DNA of 63,420 nucleotides, counting the filler, from Octopus bimaculoides (lineage: Eukaryota): assembly GCF_001194135.2 (NCBI RefSeq). It is 6 parts of 6 records of this genome, joined end to end, with 100 filler letters (N's around TTAATTAATTAA, not from the genome) between each part and the next. Parts side by side here need not be neighbours in the genome. Positions count along the whole stretch, not along the records: positions 23,080 to 52,026 come from NC_068989.1; 5 more parts are not named here. One strand, given 5' to 3'. A program made the position numbers and the translations under genes. The notes under the pieces were generated by a model, which saw nothing but the letters and a program-made list of their open reading frames with translations, was not told the origin of the DNA and did no database searches. Shown in pieces: positions 37,045 through 49,601 of the stretch. Positions within the stretch are counted from its first letter, which is position 1, and each line of letters begins with the position of its first letter.

Positions 37045-37615
37045 AGCCATGCTGGTAGTTGAGTACTGACACTTCCAAGTGCACCAGTCGCTATTGGTAT
37101 TATGTTGAACTCTTCATCGCACACAAGCTGCATATTTCTCATTTCAGTTCATCATAGTTCTTCACTTTTTCTTCTTTCTTTTCGATCCTGTTGCCACCGG
37201 GACATGCTGTGTCGATTATCCTGACATCTTCATTCTCAGTAACTCCTGGGATTTGTTTATACCACATCTTTGATCTTTCTAGGCCATAATTTCAATAGAG
37301 AGCTTCCAGTGGATCATTCTTGCCACATTGTCATGTCTTCTTTTGCATTCGCGTTGTGCCAATTTCGGGCATTCACTAATAATGTGCTATACTGTTTCAC
37401 TCCTGTCACCACACATTTAACATTTGTCACTCTCAGTTGTTTTATCAATTATGCACTTCACATAGCTTGTCCTCAATCCTTGTACTAGTGCTGCGCATAT
37501 AAGTACTTCTGGTTTTATCTTCAAGTTACTCCTCAGCATCCATAACTACTGGCCTTCTGTTTCTGTCTTTGCACTCGTATCTCTTGTAAACTGACCGCAC
37601 ATTTTCCCCTTTTCC
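37045..37615 (-). mobile_element. R4/Dong-like LINE remnant (CCHC + RLE, internally deleted)
   Basis: KC*MCGDRSETV*HIISECPKLAQRECKRRHDNVARMIHWKL...WYKQIPGVTENED..IIDTACP...IPIATGALG. Confidence 0.85.
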
Positions 37616-37719
37616 ATGACATTTCTATTCTCGTGTTTTTCTTTTTTCCTTTTTAAATTTCTCAACAGAATTATCAGTTTTGATGATGCTGGACTTCTTC
37701 ACATGCATCAATATTAATG

Positions 37720-37885
37720 GTATTTTGTCCATCTTAACTTTCAAAGTTCCAATTCCACCGAGGTTGACTTTGCCTTTCATCCTTTCGAGACCGATAAAAT
37801 GAGTACCAGTTACGCACTGGAGTCGATGAAATCGACCAGTCCCCTTCCCCAAATTCCAGGCCTTGTACCTATACTAGAAAGGATT
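37720..37885 (+). mobile_element. SINE family B, 5'-truncated
   Basis: Body GAGGTTGACTTTGCCTTTCATCCTTTCGAG... Confidence 0.8.
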
Positions 37886-38116
37886 TTTATTATTATTGCT
37901 GTTGTTGATGTTGTTGTTATTTACGTTGTTCTTACTTCGTTTTCTATGAGCTGTTCCAAGTCTCACCCAGAGACTCAAGTAACGGCAAGTTGAACATTTT
38001 ACTATAGCTGTTATTTATGATTAGCACTGATATATTGAGAGGAAAGGAGACCAGATTCTGAAAACCAAAATTCTGTAAAATTTATGATATTTCAATATTC
38101 AAAGAATTTTAAAGGT

Positions 38117-38200
38117 TCTTCTTCTTCTTCTTCTTCTTCTTCTTCTTCTTCTTCTTCTTCTTCTTCTTCTTCTTCTTCTTCTTCTTCTTCTTCTTCTTCA
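38117..38200. repeat. (TTC)n microsatellite
   Basis: Direct reading. Confidence 0.95.
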
Positions 38201-39738
38201 TGCTGTTGTAATTGTTGTTGTTGCTATTATTAATTATGGAGCGTAAATGGTAAAATGAAAAAAAATAATGAATAAGACAAAACAAAATACGTTTCCTATA
38301 TTATCGAGGTGGTTAATACCAATCTTGAAGCAAACATTTCGCAGTTTCCCGAAGCAAGAGACTTAAACTTCATTTGCCATTTGGTGAAAAACAAAAAAAT
38401 GGTTGGTTTCCTGTCTAGCTAAGTTATCATTAACGTCTGATTTACAGCCGGATATTCATAATTATAGAGTTGGATTCAACAAGAAAATATAATTGTCTTA
38501 TGGCTTCTAGAGTTTTTTTTTGTATTTGGTTTTTCTTATAACATTTATCACTGGCATTGTTGTTGCGTTTGTGGTTGCTGTATTTGTTGGTGTTGTTGCT
38601 GCTGTTGCGGGTGCTGTTGTAACTATTGTTATTGTTGCTGCTTTTGTTTATAATGCTGTTGTTTATTTTTTAATGTTGATTTTGTTGTATTTGCTATTGT
38701 TCTTCTTGTTATGGTTGTTATTGTTTTTGGTATTGTTGTTAATGCTATCGTTATATTCGTTACTGTTGTTGTTGCGTTGTATGGCTTCAGTTGTCCCAAT
38801 AACGATTTATAATGGCTCAAGAGCTTTCCAAATGTCATCTCTTTCTCTGTAAATAACAGAAAGTTTATTGCTTGATGCTTTGTTACCCATCAGGATATAA
38901 CCACCAATGACATCTGTGTAACCATCTGATTATAACCACCAATAACTTCTTTGTAATCACCATTGTATAATCATCAGTGACTTCAGTATAACCACTATTA
39001 TGTAATGAAATAAATACGTCCTCAATCCTGCGGTGACAGAGCGAAGTTGTGGTTTCTAACTGTGAATTTTCTAAGTCTGTCTTACTGATTTATTTCTAGT
39101 AACTTATCCATATTATTTGCTAAAAATATTTGACTACTGAGGTTCTGGAGCAATAACAGTAATATACCCTCTCCGGAAGAAACAAGGTAGCAGCTGCAAA
39201 TCTGAATTTTGAAACCAGAGAGTTGTGATGTCAGTAATTCATTTATTTGATATTCCAACAGAATGACGTTGTAAACTTTAGAGCTATCAACCACGAGGCT
39301 GTTTAATGATAGTAAGACAATTAGTAAAATGAAGGCATTAGAAGCTTTAGAACAATAGTAATAATTGCTGATAGTTGCTGATTGTATTACGACATGTATT
39401 TGTTAATTAGGTATTACGTAGGTGCTGGGGTAGTTAGTTATTTAATTAAGTAGTGTAGGAAATTGCACTTCTTACGATTTGTTTGAGAGTATCATCACCA
39501 ATAAAGGTGAAGAAGTAGTTACACAGGCTGATCCTAATATAATGGATTAAGTCATGGACATAATTCAGAATGTCTTAGAAACATAGGATCAGTTAAGATA
39601 AGAAGCAGTTTTGGCTTATGAAAACGATGTATGGATGCAAAAATGTCATATTTTCAGTGACGTAAGTACAAGAGGTAAGTACATATGTACAAGATGTAAA
39701 TACAAGATGTAAGTACATATGATGTAAGTACATATGTA

Positions 39739-40498
39739 CAGGGTGGATCAGAGAGGACGGATCTTTTGAAATGGATATTACTCAGCCCCACTGGGAGGGA
39801 CATATGTCAGATAGGTACCATTCGGTCCTTGGTGTCTTAAAATTTTTCCTTTAGGTGTGAAGCCATGGCGCTGTGGACGATAGAGCATCGCGTGTTTTCC
39901 TATGACAGTCATATGAAGAATAGTGAGTCTGTCACAGCAGTTTAGCGTGAGTTTCGGCGCCACTTCAACATTCACTGAAATCAAGCTGTTCTCACCCGTA
40001 ACACTATCTTACGTTAGGTGAATGCACTAATGAACAGGAGACCAGTTGTGATACACTAATGAACAGGAGACCAGTTGGGGCGCCACGAATGGTACAGACC
40101 CCGGAAAATGTGAAACGCATCAGACAAGCTTTGATACAGAGTCCGAATCGCTCTAATCGGAGGGATCCCACTGAACTTGGCATCGGTAACCGATCGGTAA
40201 GGTGTATTTTGCATGAAGACCTGCATTCCCACCCGTACAAATTGGTCGTTGGGCAACAGTTGAAAATATGGGACTATGCACAGAGCAATGCTGGAGAGAG
40301 TGGAGGCCAACTTCCAAGAACGCCTTCAGAAATGCATCAACGAAAATGAACACCACATGATAGATGTTATTTTCCACCCTTGATTTTGACAAATTCTAAT
40401 TCAATACGAACACATTGATGTCAATAAAATTTGTTTGCAGCTAAAATTAATGATTTTGTGAAGTTTTCAAAATCATCCGTCCTCTCTGCTCCACCCTG
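39739..40498 (+). mobile_element. Tc1/mariner-superfamily non-autonomous deletion derivative (760 bp)
   Basis: 24-bp TIRs CAGGGTGGA(T/G)CAGAGAGGACGGAT (39739-62, 40475-98); TA on both sides; N-terminal HTH remnant MALWTIEHRVF..SVTAV*REFRRHFNI and C-terminal AMLERVEANFQERLQKCI; DDE core absent. Confidence 0.9.
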
Positions 40499-40939
40499 TA
40501 TTTCTTAGCTAAGAACAAAGACTTTTATTTTGAATGTAATTTATAAATTGAAATGACTTTGTTAGAGAAAGAAGGGATGCGCTACTGACCCTTTTATGGG
40601 TTACTGAAGCTGAAAAAAGTAAAATAATCCTCGGCCCAGAGATCAATTTCAGAGACTTGCAACAGATTCAACTTTACTAAAGGCACCCATTGACCTAGGA
40701 CTGCCTGGTGGTATTAAACAGACAACAGATGAAATCTATCACTAGAACCGGGACAATCCCAGCAACGGTTTCCGTGTACTAAATTTCATCATAAAACTTT
40801 GCTCGATACCAAATCTATGATAGAAAATACATGTCCGAGCTACTGCATAACAGAATCGAACTCAGAACTACATAGTTGGGAAGCGAACTTCTTGATTTCT
40901 TTGACTGTAAAATGTAGTTAAGCAGTCTTATGTGAAGAA

Positions 40940-41048
<109 letters not shown>

Positions 41049-41791
41049 TNNNNNNNNNNNNNNNNNNNNNNNNNNNNNNNNNNNNNNNNNNNNNNNNNNN
41101 NNNNNNNNNNNNNNNNNNNNNNNNNNNNNNNNNNNNNNNNNNNNNNNNNNNNNNNNNNNNNNNNNNNNNNNNNNNNNNNNNNNNNNNNNNNNNNNNNNNN
41201 NNNNNNNNNNNNNNNNNNNNNNNNNNNNNNNNNNNNNNNNNNNNNNNNNNNNNNNNNNNNNNNNNNNNNNNNNNNNNNNNNNNNNNNNNNNNNNNNNNNN
41301 NNNNNNNNNNNNNNNNNNNNNNNNNNNNNNNNNNNNNNNNNNNNNNNNNNNNNNNNNNNNNNNNNNNNNNNNNNNNNNNNNNNNNNNNNNNNNNNNNNNN
41401 NNNNNNNNNNNNNNNNNNNNNNNNNNNNNNNNNNNNNNNNNNNNNNNNNNNNNNNNNNNNNNNNNNNNNNNNNNNNNNNNNNNNNNNNNNNNNNNNNNNN
41501 NNNNNNNNNNNNNNNNNNNNNNNNNNNNNNNNNNNNNNNNNNNNNNNNNNNNNNNNNNNNNNNNNNNNNNNNNNNNNNNNNNNNNNNNNNNNNNNNNNNN
41601 NNNNNNNNNNNNNNNNNNNNNNNNNNNNNNNNNNNNNNNNNNNNNNNNNNNNNNNNNNNNNNNNNNNNNNNNNNNNNNNNNNNNNNNNNNNNNNNNNNNN
41701 NNNNNNNNNNNNNNNNNNNNNNNNNNNNNNNNNNNNNNNNNNNNNNNNNNNNNNNNNNNNAGTAGTAGTAGTAGTAATAGAAATAGTAGTG

Positions 41792-41822
<31 letters not shown>

Positions 41823-41823
41823 A

Positions 41824-41857
<34 letters not shown>

Positions 41858-42124
41858 AGAAGAAGAAGAAGAAGAAGAAGAAGAAGAAGAAGAAGAACAA
41901 CAACAACAACAACAATAACAGCAACAACATCGAATCATCGAAGGGACATTTACGGGATCATTTAGCCCGCTGGAAATAGTTGTCAAATTTCCCTTAAGTT
42001 AACCCGTACTATCTTGAAAAAAGGAAGGGCATATCCATAAATATGACAGGTTGGTCTTGAGTGGAACACCTTTGATCATAGTTCTATTCGATCAGGACTA
42101 ACCTGGGGCTAAACGACAACAACA

Positions 42125-42157
<33 letters not shown>

Positions 42158-42199
42158 TATTATCATTATCATCATCATCATCCTCCTCATCATCACCAT

Positions 42200-42230
<31 letters not shown>

Positions 42231-42306
42231 AGCAGCAGCAGCAGCAAGACGACAATAGCAGTAACATCAATAACAAGAATATTAAATAAACATCATCATC
42301 ATCATC

Positions 42307-42346
<40 letters not shown>

Positions 42347-42866
42347 GTAACCATTTTTGATATTATTGGTGTCGAAGGAACTTTTATGGTTATCACTTGA
42401 TCTGCTTGAAAGTGTAGCAAGAACTTCCTCATATCACACTCTACAGTATTTAAAAAATGAGGAAGGCTGTATGAGGTAATTTGATTTGAGAAGAACTGTC
42501 TGCAAAGATACTACTGACCATGGATCTCCTAAACAGGACTGATTTGGATATAAAGAACAGTGACAGCAACAATTACACAAACATTAATGATAATACCAAC
42601 TACAGCTAATATTGTTTTCGTTATCCTTAGTGTTGTTGATATTGGTTTGAAATTTTGGCACAAGGCCACCAATTTCCGGGAAATACGTAATTCAATTACA
42701 TCGACCCCATGCGGTCGCATCTGAATTCAAACTGCAATAAGAAAACAAGAAAAAAAAAATGAATTCAAACAGACATTCTGGTCACTGGAGAATTCGCCGC
42801 CTCATAACTAAGATTATGCGAAGGCACGTGACTTGGTGGTAAGCGTATTCGGCACATGATCGCAAG

Positions 42867-45469
42867 CAGAAGTTATAAAAAATTAACTGATGAAAAGTTA
42901 ATTGCAATATATTGGTCCAATTAATTGATTGGAGTCATACTGTCAATTAAATAATTGATTGCTATCATATCAATTAATTGCAATTAATTGCAGTTAATTG
43001 CAACATTGTCAGCGAAAGTTTTTCAAATGGCTCATACTTCATTCAACGTTCAATTGGCAAATACAGCGTTCTATTATTATCTGAAGTATTGTGTTGACGC
43101 TTTGTTTTGCCTGCTGAGAATGATTCACACATTCTGTCGTGCTTAAGAATTTGACTATTGTGCATGTTGTGAAGTGTTGATGCTTGATTCAGACTGCTGA
43201 GAATGGTACACATTCTATCATGCTTTGGATTTGGTTATTGTGTATGTTGTCAAATAACCGCTGTCGAGTGTTGACGCTTGGTTAGGACTACCGAGAATGA
43301 TTTACACATTCTGTCGTGTTTCGAAACTGGCTATTGTGTATTTTGTCAAATAATCGCTGTCAAGTGATTCTTAGTTCTGTCTGCCGAGAATGATTCGCAC
43401 ATTCTGTCTTCAAGTCATTAAATCATAACTTCGCCTGCAATGTGGTTGTATCTTGAATTCCGCTCCGACATAGTAACTGAATTAGACATTCATCAATAGA
43501 GTGGCGAAATATCTTCTATTTTAAACTGTGGCGAAATATCTTTTATTTTAAACTAACCCATGCCGCGTGCAAACGAGCAAATCGTCAGAAAATATTTCAA
43601 CCAAGCAGACAGTGAACGTGTATGGAAATGCAAATGTGGAAAAATGTTGACCCCAAAAAAAGGAACTGGAGGGACAGATTTTATGAATCATATAATAAAC
43701 CAGCATCCAGAATATTCTTCTACACAAGCAACCGGACAACCATCTTTATCGAGTTTTCTTTCACCAAGAAGTAGTTTGGTTAGTCTCTCGGCTTTAAATG
43801 TTTATGGTTGGATTGATTGGGTATAATAACAATAATAATGAAATTATTGTGTATAGTGCTCAGGTGCACTACAACTCATCAAAGGTGCATGTATAGTACA
43901 TAGAATTATGTGCAAAAGTCAGGAAAGTGAACAGTGTAGGAGTCATGGCATACATGTGTGCATGTATATGAAGGGGGAGATATCAGGTGTAGTATTGGCG
44001 AATTTCAGGAAGCATGGAGGTTTAAAAGGTTCTAAAGGCTTTAAAGTTGTTAGTTGCTGGCATTTTCGACAATGGTAAGTGAAACATCATTCACTGCTTC
44101 TGATTATGTCGAATTTATAGAGTATGTGTTAAGTGTCTATAGCAAAAACTTAGAAAATGTAGCCATTAACGAAGATAATACTGAAGTGAACAAATCTATA
44201 GCGAATTTGGGTAGAATACCATTAATTGGATGTGCCTCTCATAAATTCAATCTAGCCGTTTCTGCTTATTTTAACAAGCAGGAAGTTCTACTTGATAAAA
44301 CTAATATGTTGATGGGCAAGCTGAAATCATTAAAACTTGCGGGTACACTTCGGGTAAAAACGTCTTTGCAACCTATACAAAGAGATAAAACCCGTTGGTC
44401 CAGTACTTATGACATGATTGAGAGGTAACTCCAACTCAAGCCGTTTTTAGACTCTTTTCAAGGCGATCCAAAGCTGGTTGATTACTTGTTGACTCCACGC
44501 GATCATAATGATCTTCAGATTATAAAAGACAATTAAGGAAAGTTACGCTCAGTAACAGTCGCCTTGCAAAGAACAGAAATAGATTTGGCAGATGCTCGAA
44601 TTCTTTTTTTGACGAAATTCTCGCATTTTATCCTTACGTGAAGTTAAAAAAATATTTACTTCCATCGGCAGCTATTGTGCACAGCTCAAATTTTGAAAGT
44701 GGAGTTGTGAAAATTTTATAACATGCAGAATCAGAGCTAACTGCAGATGAAGTGGCTGCTCTTCATCAGCTGAAAGTGATGAAAGACACGTCGCAACAGT
44801 CTGACTTACCTGTAGAAGATGATGATTTTCTACAATTTGTTTGAAAAAACACAACAAAGATAAAATTTCACCTCAGCAATATCTGAACTGTAGATTTCTT
44901 TTACCAATGTCCAACATTTTGGAACGTTTCTTCAGCTCAGCAGGTTACGCATTTAATGATTTTCGGCAATACTTAACATCAATAAATTTAGAAATGCAAT
45001 TATTTCTAAAAGTCAATCGCGCTTTCTGGGATGCAGACCTAGTTTCAGAAATCTGCTATCGTTCATGACCTTTTGCTATATCAGAACGTTTTAATTGTGC
45101 TACTCGTTTGAGAAACTCTTTCAATTACAGACTTCAATTTATTTGTTTTTCAAAATTCTGTACAATGTAGAGTATACATGATGTTTGTTCCCTATTCTAA
45201 ATCAATAAAATTGAACTTTGAACGTTTTCTGAAAATAAAGTTTTTTTAAATTATAAGACGTGTCTTTTATTTTCCTATCATTTTGGCTCTTATCTAAATC
45301 GAAGTTAACACTCCAAAATATATAGTGTTTTTACGTTCGGAAAAATAAGTGACAATTAATTGCAATTAATTGCAATAATTGATTGGCCTGTATCCCAATT
45401 AAAATTAATTGATTGCTAGGAAAATAATTGATTGGAAAAGTTCCAATCAATTATTTACAACCCCTTGAT
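42867..45469 (+). mobile_element. hAT-superfamily DNA transposon, ~2.6 kb, decayed
   Basis: Imperfect TIRs (left CAGAAGTTATAAA, right reverse complement AAGGGGTTGTAAA); 8-bp TSD ATC(G/A)CAAG at 42859-66 and 45470-77; subterminal CAATTAATTG arrays at both ends. Confidence 0.85.
43560..45068 (+). pseudogene. hAT transposase pseudogene (BED finger + RNase H-like core + dimerisation domain)
   Basis: BED-like WKCKCGK..NHIINQH; GCASHKFNLAV (CxxH); TRWSSTYDM; PMSNILERFFS (catalytic E). Several stops and frameshifts; the segment expected to carry the first catalytic D is replaced by ~225 bp of unrelated DNA (43826-44050). Confidence 0.85.
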
Positions 45470-46734
45470 ATCACAAGATCGTATGTTCAATTCCTGGCAA
45501 TGCGTTGTATCCTTGAGCAAGACACTTTATTTTTCACGTTGCTCCAGCCCACTCAGCTGGCAAAAATGAGTAGTATCCGTATTTCAAAGAGCCGGCCTTG
45601 TCTCATTCTGTGTTATGCTGAATCTCCCTGAGAACTACGTTAAGGGCACACGTGTCTGTTAATTAGCGGTTCGGCAAAGCAGTCCGATAGAATAAATACT
45701 AGGCTTACAAAGAATAAGTCCTGGGGTCGATTTCTTCGACTGAAAACCCTTTAAGTCGGTACTCCAGTATGGCCGCAGTCTAATGACTGAAACAAGTAAA
45801 AGACTAAAAGAATAGGCTCTACCATTCTCTGACAAAATGACAAAACAGCAAAACAAATAAAATCCTTGTCGTTTTTGCTTAGTCCCACGTAAATGTCTGT
45901 TCTATCAGCGCCGTGATTAAAGGTTTTCAACCATGACTATCCTGCATTTGCAGAGGGGAAACCAGAGCTGTGTCATTTATTGCGTCTTTTCTGTACTCAC
46001 CCTCTGAATCGGCGAGTACGCTTAGCGTGTACGATTTCGTTTCTCTATTCTCCTGGAAGGTGCAAAAGCGAGCGGTCTCGTGGTTTTATGTTTACAGCTG
46101 AAAAAAAAAACAACAAAAAAAACAGTGTTTCTTCCAATTAATGAGCTGTAAACATAAAAACCATGTGGGGTCCCACTATGGCGTCTTCCAAGGGTATAAA
46201 CAAAGAAATTGCGCTCGTTACGACGTACTCGTTAAAACGTACAATGCGATGTGGTTTGAGGGGGAGACGGCTACTGGTTCTAGCAAGTTGAGCGGTCACA
46301 TAGAGGCACCTTCAATAACTTACTGCTGTTTAATCTCCAGATCAACTCTAATTGTGCAGACTTATCAATAGCATTCCAGCTATGACCATCCCTATGTACA
46401 GGAAACCCAGTTCCACATTACATAGTGTCTTTTTCTAAGACGAAGTGGTGTGATTTTGAGAGTGATTTGGCTGCTATTTCTAGGATTCACATAGAGTCTA
46501 CCTGTTTGGCTCAATGTTGATGGCTGTTATAATGTATGAAGTGATGGCTCTTCCCGCCTTCTCCTCTCTCTACACTATGTAACAAAATGACAAACTTGAA
46601 ATTTGACCTAGAGGTCAACTGCTAAAATTACAATATTCCCAGTGGATTCACATGGAGTTGTTTGGAGTAATGTAGCATGGATATTTTATGTTCTATGTCC
46701 CATACCTCCCCAATAAATGCTCCTTATTATTGCT

Positions 46735-46903
46735 GCTGCTGATGATGACGATGATGATGGCGATGACGACGACGATGACGACGACGAAGACGATGACGAC
46801 GACGACGTCGACCGCGATGATGATGATGTCGTTGCAGTTGACGGCGACGACGATGACGTGATGATGACAACATCGACAACTACTGTGATGTTTTTGTTGT
46901 TGC

Positions 46904-46934
<31 letters not shown>

Positions 46935-47330
46935 AATGATGATGATGGGGATGATGATTATGAAAATAATGGTGCTGACAAATTGTTATGACGCTAATGA
47001 TGTTAGTGATCTTTTAAGGCGAATAACGTGTTTTGAAGGAAATATGGCTGCCTTGTTGGTTCATAACGGGGTTGGCGACAGTGGTGATCATGAATAATGA
47101 TGGTGGTAGCAGAATAATGATGGTGGTAGTGGTGATAGTGGTATTAGTACAGCCAGTGATAATGGTGGTTGTGGTGAAAGTAGTGGTGAAAGTTGGTGAG
47201 GGTGATGTTAGTGAAAATGGTGTTGATGAAGATGGTGGTGAAGGTAGTATTAGAGGTAGTAATGGTGGTGTTAATGGCGATGATGGGGGGAGGAGAGGGT
47301 GGAAATGAAGGAAATGGTAGTGGTGGTGGT
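46735..47330. repeat. Compound trinucleotide low-complexity tract (GAT/GAC/GGT)
   Basis: Direct reading. Confidence 0.9.
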
Positions 47331-47810
47331 GTTGGGTAATATTACCCACGTATTTCTCATTAGAAGCAACATCATTGATGATAATTTCACGTAACTATCG
47401 TTCCAGTTGTTGTTATTGTTGTTGTAGTTTAACCCTAGGTCATACCTGACTGAGAAGCTTTCCAACCGTGACCGTCCCATATGTTTAGAATTATGTAAGG
47501 CTAGGTTATCTAATGCGTCATATCCTTTTTTAAGACGACGGGGTTTCGTTTCAGATAAATTTGCCTGCTATTTCCAACAGGTCAAGCCATCTTGTAAAGT
47601 ATGCCGTTGTTTAAGATGCAATGAGGACATGTGACATTGAAGAGTAAAAGACGTCATTAGTGGGGATCTCAACCAAGGACAAACCATATATTTTTGTGGT
47701 AAAGAGATTCACTTGGCAATAAGACTGTAAGTTCGATGACACTGCCTGGACTCTTGGGAAATTTTCTACATTAAAAGTTGATTAGTACATTATTATTAGC
47801 GTATTGTTGT

Positions 47811-48223
47811 TCAAATACGCTTGTAGCACGTTTAGACTCGTAAATAAGCCATTCACTGTGTTTCATCATGGAGAAAATTCCTCGCTGTAGACAAATGGTG
47901 TTAATACAGTTATATTAGTTCACAGCGCCACCTATCTAGACTGTGAGATGCAACCATTTCGCTAATCAGTCACCATGCAGTGACTGAAATAGCGTAAGAG
48001 AAAAGATCTCTTTTATCAGTTCGCAGCGTCTCCCTGCCTAGTGTCTGTGACCGAAGAAAAGATAACTACTCTGAAATGCTTGCATCCCACTGTCTAGACA
48101 GGTGGAGCTGCAAACTAATATACGGGTATAAGCACCATTTGTCTATAGCGAGGAATTTTCTCCATGACAAAACAACAGTAAATGGTTTGTTTACGAGTCC
48201 AAACGTGCCACATGCATATTTGA
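47811..48223. mobile_element. MITE/foldback with ~143-bp TIRs
   Basis: 47811-47953 is the reverse complement of 48080-48223 (e.g. CATGGAGAAAATTCCTCGCT..AGACAAATGGTG). Confidence 0.85.
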
Positions 48224-48456
48224 GCTGGTAATAACATTACGTTTATACACTTCACTGCTCAGCACTCCCCTCCCTACTTACTATTAATGCCGAGCTGGCA
48301 GAATCGTTAGCGCGCCGGGTGAAATGTTTAGCGCTATTTCGTCCCCTCCCATCAAATTTTAGGCCGTGTGCCTTTAGTAGAAAGGATTATTAGGACATTT
48401 GTGTAATGTGGTGGACGGAAAACGTAAGAAAACCCGCCGTATATACATACATACAT

Positions 48457-48670
48457 GCAGGCTGTGTGGTAATTAACTTGCTTACCAACCACATGGTTCC
48501 GAGTTCAGTCCCACTGTGTGGCAACTTGGGCATGTGTCGTCTACTATAGCCTCGGGCCGACCAAAGCCTTGTGAGTGGATTTGGTAGACGGAAACTGAAA
48601 GAAGCCTGCCGTATATATGTATATGTATATATTTATGTGTGTGTGTGTTTGTGTGTCTGTGTTTGTCCCA
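48457..48670 (+). mobile_element. SINE family A, 5' half
   Basis: Head and CORE-like body. Confidence 0.85.
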
Positions 48671-48869
48671 GTTTATCTCTTTCAATTACAATCCTGTTTT
48701 TAGAGAATTACATCGTATTAGGAAGCAAAGCTTAACTAAAGTCAGAAACCAATTTGTTCCAGGAGAAGAGATGGTAAAAGTTTTTATTTTTCATTTCGTT
48801 ACTTTTGAGATTTTATCCCTAATTTTATCCCAATGAGTAAAACTTTGATCAGGACTAACAAGTAAATCG

Positions 48870-49410
48870 AAGGAATAACACATGGTTACGCAAAGACCCG
48901 AATGAGGTTCTAACGGTTTATGCATACTAATTTCCCAGTAATTATGATGGTTCTGGGAGTCGTCAGCAACGAGGGAGATATCATTCCTTCTTACTATTTT
49001 TCACAGGGCTTAAGAGTCAATTCCGCTGTCTACACAGTGTTGAAGAAAGTTGCGAGATTCTGGATAGACAGAGTACGCAACGGAAGACCAAACGTCTTCC
49101 AACAAGACTCAGCCTAGACTCATAAAGCTAAGTGTACACAAACGTGGATACGTGCCAATCTCAATGACCATGTTCTCCCAGACACATGGCCTCCTAGTTC
49201 ACCAAACCTCAATCCACTGGACTATTACATATGGGGCGTAGTCGAGAGAGAGGTCAACCAACAGCCCATAACATTATACAATCTCTCAAGTGCGCCATAA
49301 GCAGTACTATGTGCAAAATTGATAAAGATTATATGATTACGGTATGTCAATGTTTCCGCCCCCGCATTAAACTACCCATTGATGCTTATTGTGGATTCAT
49401 TTAATAGATG
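48870..49410 (+). pseudogene. maT/DD37D (Tc1/mariner) transposase C-terminal remnant
   Basis: MVLGVVSNEG...FQQDSA*THKAK...WPPSSPNLNPLDYYIWG; 37 codons counted between the D of QQD and the D of PLD. Confidence 0.85.
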
Positions 49411-49527
49411 TAATAAAAAGATTCTCAAGACTGCTTGCACCAATTTGTTTTCAAATACAACTTTTCTATGATTTGCTATGCGTCTGCCTAAATTCATACG
49501 AATGACCGAAAAGAAACTGACTAAACC

Positions 49528-49528
<1 letters not shown>

Positions 49529-49600
<72 letters not shown>
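49529..49600. repeat. (TCTA)n microsatellite
   Basis: Direct reading. Confidence 0.95.

Positions 49601-49601
<1 letters not shown>

Larger units (their letters stand above)
42820..45660 (+). mobile_element. SINE family C split by the hAT insertion (head 42820-42866, remainder 45478-45660)
   Basis: Head ...GGCACATGATCGCAAG resumes as ATCGTATGTTCAATTCC...CTTGAGCAAGACACTT after the hAT. Confidence 0.85.

Noticed and set aside
43093-43410. Repeat array with conserved blocks and variable intervening sequence (CRISPR-like look)
   Set aside because: The intervening parts are homologous to each other; it is a diverged tandem array inside a eukaryotic hAT element, with no cas genes.
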